Source: Mustelus asterias (lineage: Eukaryota). Taken from it: 64,000 bases of DNA. The notes below the pieces were generated by a model. It did no database searches, was not told the DNA's origin, and was given only the letters and a program-made list of their open reading frames with translations. Positions 36,325 through 48,925 of this stretch are shown piece after piece. The position numbers were made by a program, and so were the translations under genes. Position 1 is the stretch's first letter. The number at the start of each line of letters is the position of its first letter. The stretch spans positions 21,018,001 through 21,082,000 of the forward strand of contig NC_135804.1 in the NCBI RefSeq assembly GCF_964213995.1, read 5' to 3'.

Positions 36325-37098
36325 CATAGAATCATAGAAACCCTACAGTACAGAAAAAGGCCATTCGGCCCATTGAGTCTGCACCGACCACAAGCCCACC
36401 CAGGCCGTACCCCCATATCCCAACATATTTACCCACTAATCCCTCTAACCTACGCACCTCAGGACACTAAGGGCAATTTTTAGCATGGCCAATCAACCTA
36501 ACCCGCACATCTTTGGACTGTGGGAGGAAACCGGAGCACCCGGAGGAAACCCACGCAGACACGAGGAGAATGTGCAAACTCCACACAGACAGTGACCCAA
36601 GCTGGGAATCGAACCCAGGTCCCTGGAGCTGTGAAGCAGCAGTGCTACCGTGCCGCCCACAGAGTCATTGTGCTTTTGTCAATATCTGGACAATAGGGTG
36701 AAGTAATTAATAAAAGCTAGTAAAATACTGGCAGAATAATAGAACAATAGTTTACTGCATGTATAGTAAGTACGTACACAATTATAGAATCCCTACAGTG
36801 CAGAAGGAGGCCATTTGGCCCATTGAGCCTGCACCGAAGACAATCCCACCCAGTCCTTATCTGTATAACCCAACACATTTATCCTGCTACCCCTGACACT
36901 AAGGGTCAATTCAGCATGGCCAATCCACCTAACCTGCACGTCTTTGAGTGTGGGAGGAAACCGGAGCACCTGGACGAAACCAACGCAGTCACGGGGAGAA
37001 CATGAAAACTCCACATGGACATGGAAAACTCTCCCAAGGCCAGAATTGAACACAGGTCCCTGACGCTGTGAGGCAGCATTGCTAAATCACTGTGCCAA
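36325..37098 (-). mobile_element. Two tandem SINE copies (about 36325-36658 and 36783-37098)
   Basis: Head, core and tail in each. Confidence 0.85.
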
Positions 37099-37713
37099 CA
37101 AAGCCATACACAGCATGGATCAAACTACATTTGGACTATTTTGTTCAGTTCTACAAAGAGATGTGAAAATACTGGAGAAAATGCAGAGAAGAATAAGAAC
37201 TTAGTCCTCGGGGGGGTCGCGCATCCAGGAAATGTTTAACCTTCTCGATCTAGTGTGAAGTTTGTTCAGGAGGACCTTTTGGATGGACTAAACGTACTGT
37301 AAAGTATAATGCGAGCTACTTTGTTAACTTGTATTAAAAACTAGAGATTGTAAGTGCAAGTGAAAGTCATATTTCAATCAATGAAGGATAACAACTGTTT
37401 TTTGAAGCAAGTTAAGGCTGTCATAATGTTGTTGGTCACTAGGCCAGCAGAGTTCAAGTAGATGGAGGCATCACCTCAGATTTTCCAGTGGGTAAATAAT
37501 CGGTATAATTTTGGAATTGGAATTAGCGATTGCCATTTAATCTGATTTTAAGAATTATAGTACAGTTCATTGAATAAAATGGGAAAGAAATACAGATCAT
37601 AGAATGCAAAGAAAATCAAAGGCCACACTATTACTTATATTAGGGAATTCTGTTAAACATTTTATTTTGTAGTATTTGGGCTTTGATTACTTTTTTTAAA
37701 ATAATCTCTTCAG

Positions 37714-37877
37714 GTAAACTCCAGAAACATAAGAAAGACGAGAAAGGCAGAAAATTAACGGTTCCTACAATTGTAATTACAGCTCCATCCACGAGTAGTT
37801 TGCTAAGTGCAGACTTATCTGTTCAAAGAAGGACCATAAACGATGCAGTTCCAAGGGTTCTTCAGAATACAAAATAA
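37714..37877 (+). CDS. SPATA33: SPATA33-like last exon (KLQKHKKDEKGRKLTVPTIVITAPSTSSLLSADLSVQRRTINDAVPRVLQNTK*)
   Basis: ctcttcag| acceptor in phase 1. PTIVIT matches the PxIxIT motif (SPATA33 PQIIIT), and QRRTIND resembles QQRTIRE. Confidence 0.75.
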
Positions 37878-38953
37878 GACTGTCAATGTTGTTTTAAAGA
37901 AAAACGACTTGTAGTTATAAATCGTGAGAACAAATTTAAGTATTTTGAAAATGCATTTCTTTATAAAGATATACAAACATTTACTCATACCCTCGTGTCC
38001 ATGTGTAATTTGAAATCACTAAGACAGTTGTCTGTACAATTGAAAGGTACTGAATAGACACTTAGGGCATGATCTTACCAGCTCGCCAGACCAGTCGATC
38101 AGTGTGGCGAGCCAGGAAGATAGTGCCAAGGATGGTTTGCTTCTGGCCCTGTTTTGCCAGCGGGGATCAGCTTCTGATTAACATAAAACTAACGAGAGTT
38201 AAAACCACTTGCCTGCTCCCGCATGGCTTCCAGCCTCCTGCAATCTTCCCCCTCATCGGTGAGGGGGAGGCCGTTGAAGCTCCTGGGTGGTAGGGGGCAT
38301 GGCCTGGCAATGGCCACTGAGCATCAGTTGGGCACCATAAGTGAGCAAGGAGATGGGGGTGGGGCTATGAAAGAGGATGGCTTATGCAGGGGGCAGCTCT
38401 GCAAAGCGACTGGTCAGCGGGGTGGAGGGCTATGCAAGGTGACCATGGGGGTAACAGTGCCACCAATGATGGGGAAGAGGTCTCCCGGTTCACTGGCAGA
38501 TCGGGGAGTCCTGCGCAATGGCGCTCCGAGCAGTCTGCAGCCGTCACCCTGGCTCCCTTCACCCGACACCCCACCCACCTGGTGCAAATTTCCCTGCTGT
38601 CAGAAAAACGGACGGAGTATGGGGAGATTGCAGTGCCAAATTCGCCCAAAACACCAGTGTGGAACATCAGGGTTAGGTTTAGACTTTTCCAGACTTTTAT
38701 GACAATTTGGGTGCGATCTTACAAAAAAAAGCTTCGAAGCATCGTAACAGCGAGAAAACAGGAGTCCAATGCACTGGTTTGTTTTTGGTGTTTCCCGCAT
38801 CTCAATCATTCAACACTTAGTGCAATGAAAGAGCCTCCATGCGATTCTCACCGTTAATGGACCTTCCAGGTGCATGACTCGGCCAAAGTCATTAACAAGA
38901 GCCAGCTGCATTTAAGCGCGAAGGATGGACTCACAGTCAGTCACACCAGGAAG

Positions 38954-39188
38954 ATGACACTGCAGAGAGCAGCACCACACTTCACAGAAGGAGAGCTGAG
39001 ACTGCAGCTGGATGTCGTGGAGGAGAAGAGGGATACTTTCTTCCCCCTAGATGGTCAACGGCTCAGGGGCTAGGCCAGCAATGTGGCCTGGGAGTCCATG
39101 GCAACGACAGTGAGTGCCTACGCACTGGCGCGACGGACCGGGGGTCCAGTGCTGGAAGAAACTGAATGACCTCCTTTGGTCAGCAAGG
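38954..39188 (+). pseudogene. Harbinger Myb/SANT-like (MSANTD/NAIF1-type) DNA-binding gene, first exon
   Basis: MTLQRAAPHFTEGELRLQLDVVEEKRDTFFP...AWESMATTVSA...RRT(G)VQCWKKLNDL, with TAG at 39071-39073 and an extra G near 39140. Further pieces at about 40088-40230 (PFEERALEL) and 40491-40883. Confidence 0.8.
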
Positions 39189-41699
39189 AAGAGAGTCCAT
39201 CCTGTCCTGGCATCAGTCACATCTGTTGCCCCTGGGATCTCCACATCCTGACACCCTGTGGCCTTCCAGCAACCGACTCCACCCACCCCCCAGCGCCTGC
39301 CTCCAACCCCTCTGGCAACCCCATCACAACCCCCCATGCCTGCCAACATACACCACCTGATTGCCCCGACACCCATGGCCCTTCCAGTTATCAGGCTTTC
39401 AATCCTCCCAACTGACCTGCAGGGGAAAACGGTCCATAATCATGGGAACAAACATCGGAATTAGCAGAAGTTGGCAAATTCAGCCCTTTGAGCCTGATCC
39501 ACCATTCAATCAGATCTTGGCTGATCTCTCCCTGGTCTCAAATCCACCTCCCCATGTGGTCCCCATGTCCCCTTATCCCTTTTTTAAAATTGGGAATATA
39601 TCTACCTCCTTGAAACCGTTCAACAATTTGGACTCCACCGCGCTATGGGGCAGCAAGTTCCACAAATTCCCCACCCTCTGCAAGAAGTAGTTCGTCCTCA
39701 TCTCAGTTTTAAATCTACCGCCTCTCAACCTATACCTGTGACCTAGATTTCCCCATAAGAGGAAACATTTGGTCTACGTTTACTTTATCAATCCCGTTTT
39801 AAAATTTTATATACCGTGATTAGATCCCCTCATCTTTCTAAACTCCAGTGAGTATAAGCCCAAACAAACTACTTAATCTCTCCACATACGTCAACCCTTT
39901 CATCTCTGGAATCAATCTGGTGAACCTCCTCTGAACTGCCTCCAGTGACATCACATCCTTCCTCAAATGAGATCAAAACTCGACACAATACTCAAGATCT
40001 GGTCTCACCAACACACTATACAATTGCAACAACACTTCTCTACTTTTATGCTCCTAAAACACTCCTCTACTTTTAACTCTATGATAGTTGCCGGGAGCCG
40101 GAGAAGACCGAAGATGGGGTTCCGCTGAGCTGTGTCTCCTCATGCCCTTTGAGGAGCGAGCACTGGAGCTATCGGGAGGCCAAGGACAGAGTTATCTCCG
40201 ATAGCCAGGTCAGCATGGGCCATGGAAGTGAGGATCCACAGAACCTTTGTTCATATGACATATCTCTACTACTTGCCCCTTCTTTGCTCAGAACCATGTG
40301 TCTTTTGTTGCAGGAAATGACCCCGAGGAGGCTGGCACATTAGGAGTCGCCGCTGTCCTCCTGCTGTGACACCCGACAACAGCACTGATGACACCTCAGA
40401 GGCAGGCTCGATGAAACCTCTGAGGAAAGCACGTCGCATTCAACACGCGCTTTCACCACACAATCCATCAGTGCAGATATAGTCATCTCAGTGACTCGCT
40501 ATGTTAATGGTGGGGCTTCTGGGTCAGTTCCTGGTGTGCACAACACAGTCTTAAATGCACATTGGGTAGGGGCTGGAATATCCGAGATCTCGGGCACATG
40601 GAGGTCTGCCAGAACTGAGGAATCAGCTGGCCCCCAGCCAGGTGCCAGATCACTGGGATCAGTTCTCCTGAAGCTGCTGGAGATGCAGCAACAGTGTCGG
40701 GGATTGCAGGAGGAGCTGTCAGCAACACTGCAGCAGCTGCGAGGCTGTTTGGAGGTGCAGGAGGTGGTGCCGGCATTGCGTGGCATTCAGGCCAACTGTC
40801 TAAGGGTGGCATCTGCAATGGAAAGCCTGGGGCAGGAAATGGTTGTCATGGGTAGCAGGGTCCAAGTCATGGTGAGCCTCTGAGGACCATGCTGAGGCTG
40901 TTGGGGACTCTAGACTCAGTGGGCCATGGCTGTGTGCCTCGAGAGCTTGTCCCAGTCTCAGAGCACGGAGAGCATCCAGAGCTTTGTCTAAACTCCAGAG
41001 GGCCATTGCTGAGAGCTCGCACACCATGGGGTGGATGCAGTTGGGCCTCCAGGACTGGCAGAGCCATGTGATGCTGAGGCTTTTGGAGCTCACTCCAGCT
41101 GCCCCGCCATCCCATGGAGGAAGGGCTGGAGCCCATGCCGGAGCCTTCCACCCGGGAGACCCCGCCAGACCTTCCGATTTTCCCCCCCTTGCAGACACCG
41201 GAGCATCTTACAGGCAGTGGGATGAACAGGGAACCACGACTACATCCGTGTCATCCTAAAATTGACCTGGGCGCTCGAGGTTCCGGCCATCCTAGGAGAC
41301 GCCTGCCAAGGGCATCACAGGCCACGGGGTGTGGAACGCAGCTGATCCCCCCCACTTCTGATGAGCATCCTGGAGAGATACCTCGACAAAGCGGTAGGCC
41401 ACATCCAAAGATGTGCAGGTTAGGTGAATTGGCCAAGCTAAATTGCCCCTTAGTGTCAGGGGGACTAGTTAGGGTAAATACATGGAGTTACGGGGATGGG
41501 GCCTGGGTGGGATTGTGGTTGATGCAGACTCGATGGGCCGAATGGCTCCTTCTGCACTGTAGGGATTCTATGATTCTATGTAAGATTAAGAAGGCATATA
41601 CTAGTTAGGGTTAGGATAATATGCACTGTTAAAAATCACCAATAAATGTTGTTGCACCCCACAGCTGTGACTTCTATGTCTGTCATCCACCTCCCACAG

Positions 41700-42412
41700 G
41701 GATGACTGTACCCCAATTAGACCCAGAGAGGCTCAGACACCGTTCTGCGCGAGAGAGGCCTATCAGCCCTCCGAGTATGCAATCCCCAGTTCAAAGCGAT
41801 TTTGCCAAATCTCTGACTCTGTGATACTCCAAGCGCGCAGTCCCAGCAGTGTGGGGGCCCTGTAGGTCCACAGTGACAGACAGGCTGGAATGGCATCTCC
41901 AGCACCCACCAAACCCTGGGACCGCCCTCCCCCCAGGCCCCTCAACCACAACCCCCGAGGCATTGGACCGCATGGTGATACCCTCTCGCACACATGGTCA
42001 TGCCCAGTCATACAGGCTTCTGTCTCCTCATGGACACACTTGTGCAGGGAAGACTGACAGATGGCGCAGAGCCTTGGAAGGACTCTGTGGTGTAAAGTTG
42101 AGGGCTGCCGTGACCTTCACTGCCATCAGGAGCGGGTGTGCTCTTGTCCCATGAGGTGCCAGATCCACAAGGACCTGGTCCAGGTGCCACACTGTCTCCC
42201 TGCTGAGACACAGTCTGCAGTGGCACACAGCACCCATCAGCCCATCAAAGGACATAAGGGTCCAGTACACCCAGGTTTTCCGTCTCCTCCATTGAAGCAT
42301 AGGCATGGCTACACTCATCTGGATATCTGGTACAGTGGCTTCCAGGAATGGCTTGCAGTTCAGGGAGACAGTGGAGAGGCACCCTCATGACTATTACGAG
42401 ATGGCTTCCCAT
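41700..42412 (-). pseudogene. Harbinger (HARBI1-like) transposase remnant
   Basis: CRLCLSRETVWHLDQVLVDLAP...HPLLMAVKVTAALNF then (frameshift) YTTESFQGS, the HTH-containing N-terminus. Acceptor ttccccttacag at 42413; DDE core not recognisable. Confidence 0.75.
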
Positions 42413-43708
42413 CTGTAAGGGGAAGAAATCCCAATAGGTTAGTAAAGATTTTTAAACGATTAGACATTAAGACACTGACAGAACTACCAGCATTGAGTTA
42501 GATGACTTTAAAATAGACTTATAAACTAACAAGAAAGCAGCTTACACACATGAAACGCAGTAAAAGATTTAAACAAGTGATTATGATTATTTAAAAAACA
42601 TATGCTGATATTTTGAATGTATTTTTAAGAATCATCGTTCACTTTAGCCAAAGGCAGATTGCTGCAAACATCATGGTAAAGGGCATTAGAATAAAGCTAT
42701 ATTCTAAGGGAATACTGAAACCTTGGAAATATGCAAGTTTTATCAGCAAAGTTTCTAGTGGTAAGAATATTCAGAACACTTAATCAAACTTCATGAATAG
42801 GGTTTATTCGCTGTCCAGATAAGATGGATGCATGCCCAGACGTGGAATCACGTGTTAGTCTGACTTAACAGTGACCTGGAGGTAAATTTGTGAGAATGTT
42901 AACTTTGAACTTATTGGCCAGGCACCTGGTTGCTAAGAGATACAGGATATTGGGTTAGCCAATATGAGTGGAAGCGTCTGGATTCCAAGGACTAATGAAA
43001 TGCTATTATGCCAGAAGGTAAGATGCAATTGACTAATGGATATGACAGGTATTATTGTTGATTTCTGTATATTGAAGATGATCGATTTAAAGCGAATGGA
43101 AGGTGGGAGTAATTGATAAGAAAATCTATAATTGATTTGTTTTGAATTGTATGCATTAGAATTCATTGGCGAGGTCTAGCTGCTCCATCTCCATTTCTAT
43201 GGGCGAGTGGAATCGCTGCCATCAGTGGTGGTGGAGGCAAACTCAACAGGGTCTTTTAAGAGATTCCTGGATGAGTACATGGGACTTAATAGGATGGAGG
43301 GTTATAGGTAGGCCTAAAAGGTAGGGATATGTTCGGCACAACTTGAGGGGCCGAAGGGCCTGTTTTGTGCTGTAGTTTTTCTATGTTTCTATCTCGGGAG
43401 TTGCTCCGACCCTTTGATGGTTTCTCCTTGCGGCCGCTGGTCAAAATAAAGGTTACATCTTTAAACTGAGACACTGGCTTTGTGAGTCTTGTATTGTGTG
43501 AATTTCTGATGGTATCCGGCCACCTCAAAAACCCCACCAACACCATCGAAGGCAGCACTGCAGAGTCCATGCAGTGTGAGGAGCCGAGTTAACACCTGCC
43601 AAGCTCCCCTGATTGGAGCAGCTGCTGACAGAGCTGCTACTTGTTACTGTTAGCGGGGCTGGGAAAGAATGTCTGCGATGAACCACAGAGCCTGTCCAGC
43701 AGACAGAT

Positions 43709-44333
43709 TAAGAAGTCTCACAACACCAGGTTAAAGTCCAACAGGTTTATTTGATAGCAAAAGCCACTAGCTTTTGGAGCGCTTGCTGCTCCTTCATCAG
43801 GTGAGTGGGAGTTCTGTTCACAAACAGGGTATATAAAGACACAAACTCAATTTACAAAATAATGGTTGGAATGCGAGTCTTTGCAGGTAATCAAGTCTCA
43901 AAGGTACAGACAATGTGAGTGGAGAGAGTGTTAAGCACAGGTTAAAGAGATGTGTATTGTCTCCAGACAGGACAGTTAGTGAGATTTTGCAAGTCCAGGC
44001 AAGTCATGGGGTTTACAGATAGTGTGACATGAACCCAAGATCCCGGTTGGGGCCGTCCTCATGTGTGCGGAACTTGGCCATCAGTCTCTGCTCAGCGACT
44101 CTGCGCTGTCGTGTGTCGTGAAGGCCGCCTTGGAGAACGCTTACCCGAAGATCAGAGGCCAAATGCCCGTGACCGCTGAAGTGTTCCCCAATAGGAAAAG
44201 AACATTCTTGCCTGGTGATTGTCGAGCGGTGTTCAAGCTAGTGGATTTTGCTACCAAATCAATCTGTTGGACTTTAACCTGGTGTTGTGAGACTTCTTAC
44301 TGTGTTTACCCCAGTCCAACGCCGGCATCTCCA
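43709..44333 (-). mobile_element. Penelope-like element fragment with GIY-YIG C-terminus and an inverted terminal copy
   Basis: Minus 44013-44234 encodes EHRSTITRQECSFPIGEHFSGHGHLASDLRVSVLQGG...AEQRLMAKFRTHEDGPNRDLGFMSHYL*; 12-bp TSD CAGCAGACAGAT at 43697-43708 and 44334-44345. Confidence 0.88.
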
Positions 44334-45744
44334 CAGCAGACAGATGGCAGGGCAATCAGAGCGATATTCGTGGGGTTGGAAGTCGACCTCATGTGAAACC
44401 CCTCGGTGGTCACTCAGCAGCCAGGGGGTGTGAGCGCAATATGAGCCCCACGCCAGTAGCGACCGCCAAGCTGAGGTCCCCCAGACCGGCATGAACCCCC
44501 CCAAACCCCTGCACCCATGCAAGCCATCGCAACATGTCACGCCCTCCCCCTCACTCCGACCACACTACAGAGGTTGGTGCTCAGTAACACTGACCTCCAC
44601 ATTCCTCTTCATTACTGCTGAGCCTGAACCAGACTTTTATCGAGTAGCTGTGAATTGCGCCTGCGTGACGTCACGGCAACAAGGTGGGAAACATCCGGAA
44701 GGGGAGGAAGCAGCTGTGCCGATCTCGCTAATGATATTGAAATCCATTCAAATGCATGCTAATAAATTTCGTGCCTATTTTGGATGCGTGGTTGTTCACA
44801 CCTGTAAAAGGTTGCTGAGAAGATACCAAACCGTTTGATGCCGGGTGCGAGTCTGATTTTTAACATCACGTGCTATTTTCTGGCCTCGCCACGCTAATCG
44901 ATGGGTGGGACAGGGTGGTAAGATCATGCCCTTAGAATTGTTTTGAGAAGATTACACTCTAAAGCTTTGGTTTAGTACTCATTCTAACTTTCCATCTATT
45001 AAAGTACTGTTGGTTAATGCAGATTGCACTAAACCACCCATCCTTAGCAACGATTAGAATAATTACTTTACCAGGGTAACAATAACCTCAAAACTTAAAG
45101 CTGGAATACAGATTTACAGGAACATTAATGGATATTTCTTGGGCTTAAATTGTTTAAATATTTCATAACACCCACCTGAATCCATTTCAGTTATAAGATC
45201 AGTCTTGCAAACATTCACAGCACAATTGTAATTCCAGCTCAGTCAATACAAATACATTATAATGACAGGAAACGTGCACTCGACACTCAGGGGCTGACTT
45301 TTCATTGAAGGAACTTTTAAATGGTGAGCGGGACTCTGATGTGGAAGTCCTCCCCCCGCCCCCATTTCTGAAAGATCCAGGTTGTGTCGGCAGGGTGAAG
45401 GGACGGGGCATCATTCAGACAGGCTAGAAATCCAAACTCAGCAGGGCCATTTGAATTTAGTGTGGCTTGTTTGAACTTGGACTGTTGCAAAAGTCTGAAC
45501 CCAAAATGTGGGCATTATAAATTGACGGAGTAGATATGCGTTATCCACACTTGGAAGTGTGGATAAAAGCCTATTTAAGTGTCATGATCTGATGTTTTTT
45601 AAGTCCCCCTGCTCTTTAAATATGAAAATGAACAGGCTAAGGTCAGTGAGGGTTAAAATAAAACCCTCTGCTGGGCTGCTTTAATTGCTCATCACCCAGT
45701 GTATCTTCGAAAATACATTACCATCTCACCATGCAGTTTCCAAA

Positions 45745-46600
45745 GAGATGTTTGCTGACATTTCCCCATTATGTCATTATAAATGTTTGACTGAGTTTCA
45801 ATTGCGACAATTATTTCAGCATGCAGTTCTGAGTTAAGAGTTTGACAATTTAAAGTGGCTATTAAAATACTATTTATCTTTGATGTCACATTTGAATAGA
45901 AGTTTTTGTTGCATTTAATAAGAGATTAACCACTTGAGATTTAAAAACTTTGAAAAATTATTGAATGGGAGTTTATCACTATCAAGTGTATATGAGTGAG
46001 AGTTATTTTAGATTGTTATTTTTTTCTTAACTCTCCACACGGCTCCTGAAGTCTGCCTATGGTGACTACTGGGTGAGTGGCTATGAAATCTCCACATAGC
46101 TCCTGAGGTTCTGCCTATGATGACTACTGAGTGAGTGGCTTTGAAGATGGCATAGGGTATGAGGGGGCATGGGGTGGGTGGGTGGGCCTTGAGTTGGTAT
46201 GGAGGTGCATGAGGATATGGCAGGACATGAGAGTGGATGGAAGGTGAGGAGTTGTGATGGGTGAGGGCTTGAGGGCCTAACAGTGCTTAAAGCAAATGGG
46301 ACCTAATCCCAGAGAAGTTAAACAAACCTTTTAACTAGCTTACTTTGCTAACCGTCCACTCTCCTGGATCTGCTTCTGGGGTTGGTGGACCTGACTCTAT
46401 CCCACCACATATAATGCCAACCGGCTCCCCCACATCAAAAAATAGATCTAACAGGGCTCTTTATTTGTGGGAGATCTTTGCTGATATTTCCCCAAAAGGT
46501 ATTATTATGTCATTATGAATGCTTGGCTGAATTTCAAATGATACAATTATTTCAACAGGCAGTTCTGAGTTCACAGTTTGAGAGCCAATTTAAAGAGGCT
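45745..46600 (+). repeat. About 115-bp diverged direct repeats enclosing an approximately 57-bp tandem dimer (46030-46145)
   Basis: gagat.tttgctga.atttccc...attatgtcattat...acaattatttca...gcagttctgagtt at about 45745-45860 and 46471-46600. Confidence 0.8.
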
Positions 46601-47312
46601 CCTAATAGATCTTAATTAGGGTTCAATCTTAGCTGTTGCGCAAACTGTTTTGCTGAGGGTAAAAAAAATGTCCATAGAGTGGGTGTAATTCACCTCATTG
46701 AAACACCATTTGTGTAGTAACTCAAAAATACTCTAACTGTAACATACATACTCCTTGAAGGAATATGAACCACTTTGATCTCTAGAAGCCTTCAGTATTC
46801 TAAGACTTGGTGAATGTTACATAAAAGGAGGAAATGGAACTTGAGAACAATTCCATTATCATCGTGTGGTCCGTTAGCCAGTGGTCTTGTGGCACAGTGG
46901 TAGTGTCCCTAGGTCTAGGCCAGAAGCTCTGGGTTCATGTTCCACATCAGGACTTGATGGCCATGAAAGGTGTGTTCATAACATGGCCAGACAGGTTGAT
47001 CATCAGCCTGTGTGAATCCTTCCAATAAATCTGATGGCAGGTGCTAAGATTGAGAGAGTTTCCTGGTCAGCCAGAATGACAAACCACTACATTACTTTGC
47101 GAAGCATAATCCTGGACCAATCCAATGGAAGTCCATGGAAGCCTATTTGGGGCATGGCACCTGAAGGTGGAGGAGGAAGTCTGTTAGTTCTAATGCATTA
47201 CACATAAAACATTGACCAGTCTCTCTTTCAGATGCTCACTGACCACATTCTTGTGGAGGTACTTAGCTGAGATAATACATGTCGCTTTTCAAAATATATG
47301 CATGAAGCTGGT

Positions 47313-47593
47313 CCCGGCTCGGGTTGCTGTCTGTGTGGAGTTTGCACATTCTCCCCGTGTCTGCGTGGGTTTCCTCCAGGTGCTCCGGTTTCCTCCCACA
47401 GTCCAAAGATGTGCGGGCTAGGTTGATTGGCCATTCTAAATTGCCCCTTAGTGTCCTGGGATGCATAGGTTAGAGGGGTTAGTGGGTAAATATGTAGGGA
47501 TATGTGGATAGGGCCTGGGTGGGATTGTGGTTGGTGCAGACTCGATGGGCCGGATGGCCTCTTTCTGCACTGTAGGATTCTATGATTCTATGA
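47313..47593 (+). mobile_element. 5'-truncated HE1/V-SINE-type SINE
   Basis: V core and (attctatg)n tail. Confidence 0.8.
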
Positions 47594-48639
47594 TAACAAT
47601 ATAAACCTGTGTAAAATTTCAGTTAGTTATCGATTGCTTTGTGTGACATTGTTAGTTGAAACATTCACACATTCTAGTATGGGACAGGTTTGTTCATTTT
47701 TATTGTTTTCAACTTTTACAAGATTTTGGTTTAGTATTCAGAGCACTTCTTTAAAGGCTCCAAATGACTATAAATGAAGTTGGTATTTTGAGTCATTCTT
47801 CAGTAGTGGCTCCCGTCGATGGGTTTGAAGGTCAGGCTAGCTGCCTACTCGCCACCCATCAGTGGGCCAATCTAGGCCCTTAAGTGGGAAGTTAACCAAC
47901 TGCCGCTGAAATTTAACCAGCAGCAGGTAAGGTTCTACACCAAGTGGGCAGCCTGGTAGACTCCCCTGTATGGGTTGGTGGCGGGCAGGCATGGTGTGTT
48001 CCCTCTTTACGGGGCCCATCAGAGATTCTCCGCTCTCCATCAAGATTTTACCCCACACAGTTTTACCCCACCCAGGCTGCTCTCCCCTCATTGACCTCTC
48101 AAACCCCACCCACTTGTGGCGCAAAAAGGGGGGTGTCAACCGGACACCTGGTGAGACCATCATATACTTACCTAAATCCTAGTTCAGTACTGCAAACTTG
48201 TGATCAAAGTGATTTCAAAAAAACATTTGCAGAATTGTCTTGGCAGTTTCTCCTTTTGCCACTTGTGGATTCATTATTTCTCTTCAAGCTCCTTTTTCTC
48301 CCAATGATCTACGCTTGGGAGAAAAAAACATTTTCTTTTTGGTTTGCATTTGGTTTGCTATTGATCGTGGGATCATTCAAGTTAGGAGGTGATAAAAATG
48401 GAACTATGTACATGTCTTACCCACATGTGCCTCAACCTATGATGATATGCACAACATTTACAAATGGTGCATTCTTCTTAATTTTGAAACTTATTTGTTT
48501 AGAATTTATAGATTCTGATCTTGCAAAGGAAAACTTTGGGGTTTCAGAGTATGTATTTCAAAAGTATCAATTCCCATATGGCCCTTGCCCTCTTCCTCCC
48601 CTGACCTTGGCAATGGTCAGCCACTCTGCATTCTTCTAA

Positions 48640-48925
48640 AGTTAAAGTTTATTTATTAGTCACAAGTAGGCTTACATTAACACTGCAATGAAATTACTGT
48701 GAGAATCCCCTAGTCGCCACACTCCGGCGCCTGTTCTACACTGAGGTAGAATTTAGCACAGCCAATTCACCTAACCTGCACATCTTTGGACTGTGGGAGG
48801 AAACCGAAGCACCCGGAGGAAACCCACGCAGACACAGGGAGAACGTGCAAACTCCACACAGGCAGTGACCCAAGCCAGGAATCGAACCCGCATCCCTGGC
48901 GCTGAGAAGAACAATGCTAACCACA
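48640..48925 (-). mobile_element. SINE (second tail type)
   Basis: Head, core and tail. Confidence 0.85.

Larger units (their letters stand above)
38065..44931. mobile_element. Decayed PIF/Harbinger DNA transposon with nested insertions
   Basis: Perfect 16-bp TIR GGGCATGATCTTACCA at both ends (imperfect to about 60 bp); TTA TSD at 38062-38064 and 44932-44934; Myb/SANT and transposase relics inside. Confidence 0.92.

Noticed and set aside
40491-40883. 130-aa coiled-coil-like ORF as a host gene
   Set aside because: Lies inside the Harbinger TIRs, downstream of the disabled Myb exon; best read as part of that relic.
45541-45566. Two inverted TTATCCACA (bacterial DnaA-box) matches
   Set aside because: The context is clearly vertebrate with no bacterial genes; coincidental 9-mers within a palindrome.
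47944-48639. 231-aa ORF with a hydrophobic stretch
   Set aside because: Non-ATG start; joins a GC-rich repeat-like segment to T-rich DNA, which explains the hydrophobicity; no recognised motif.
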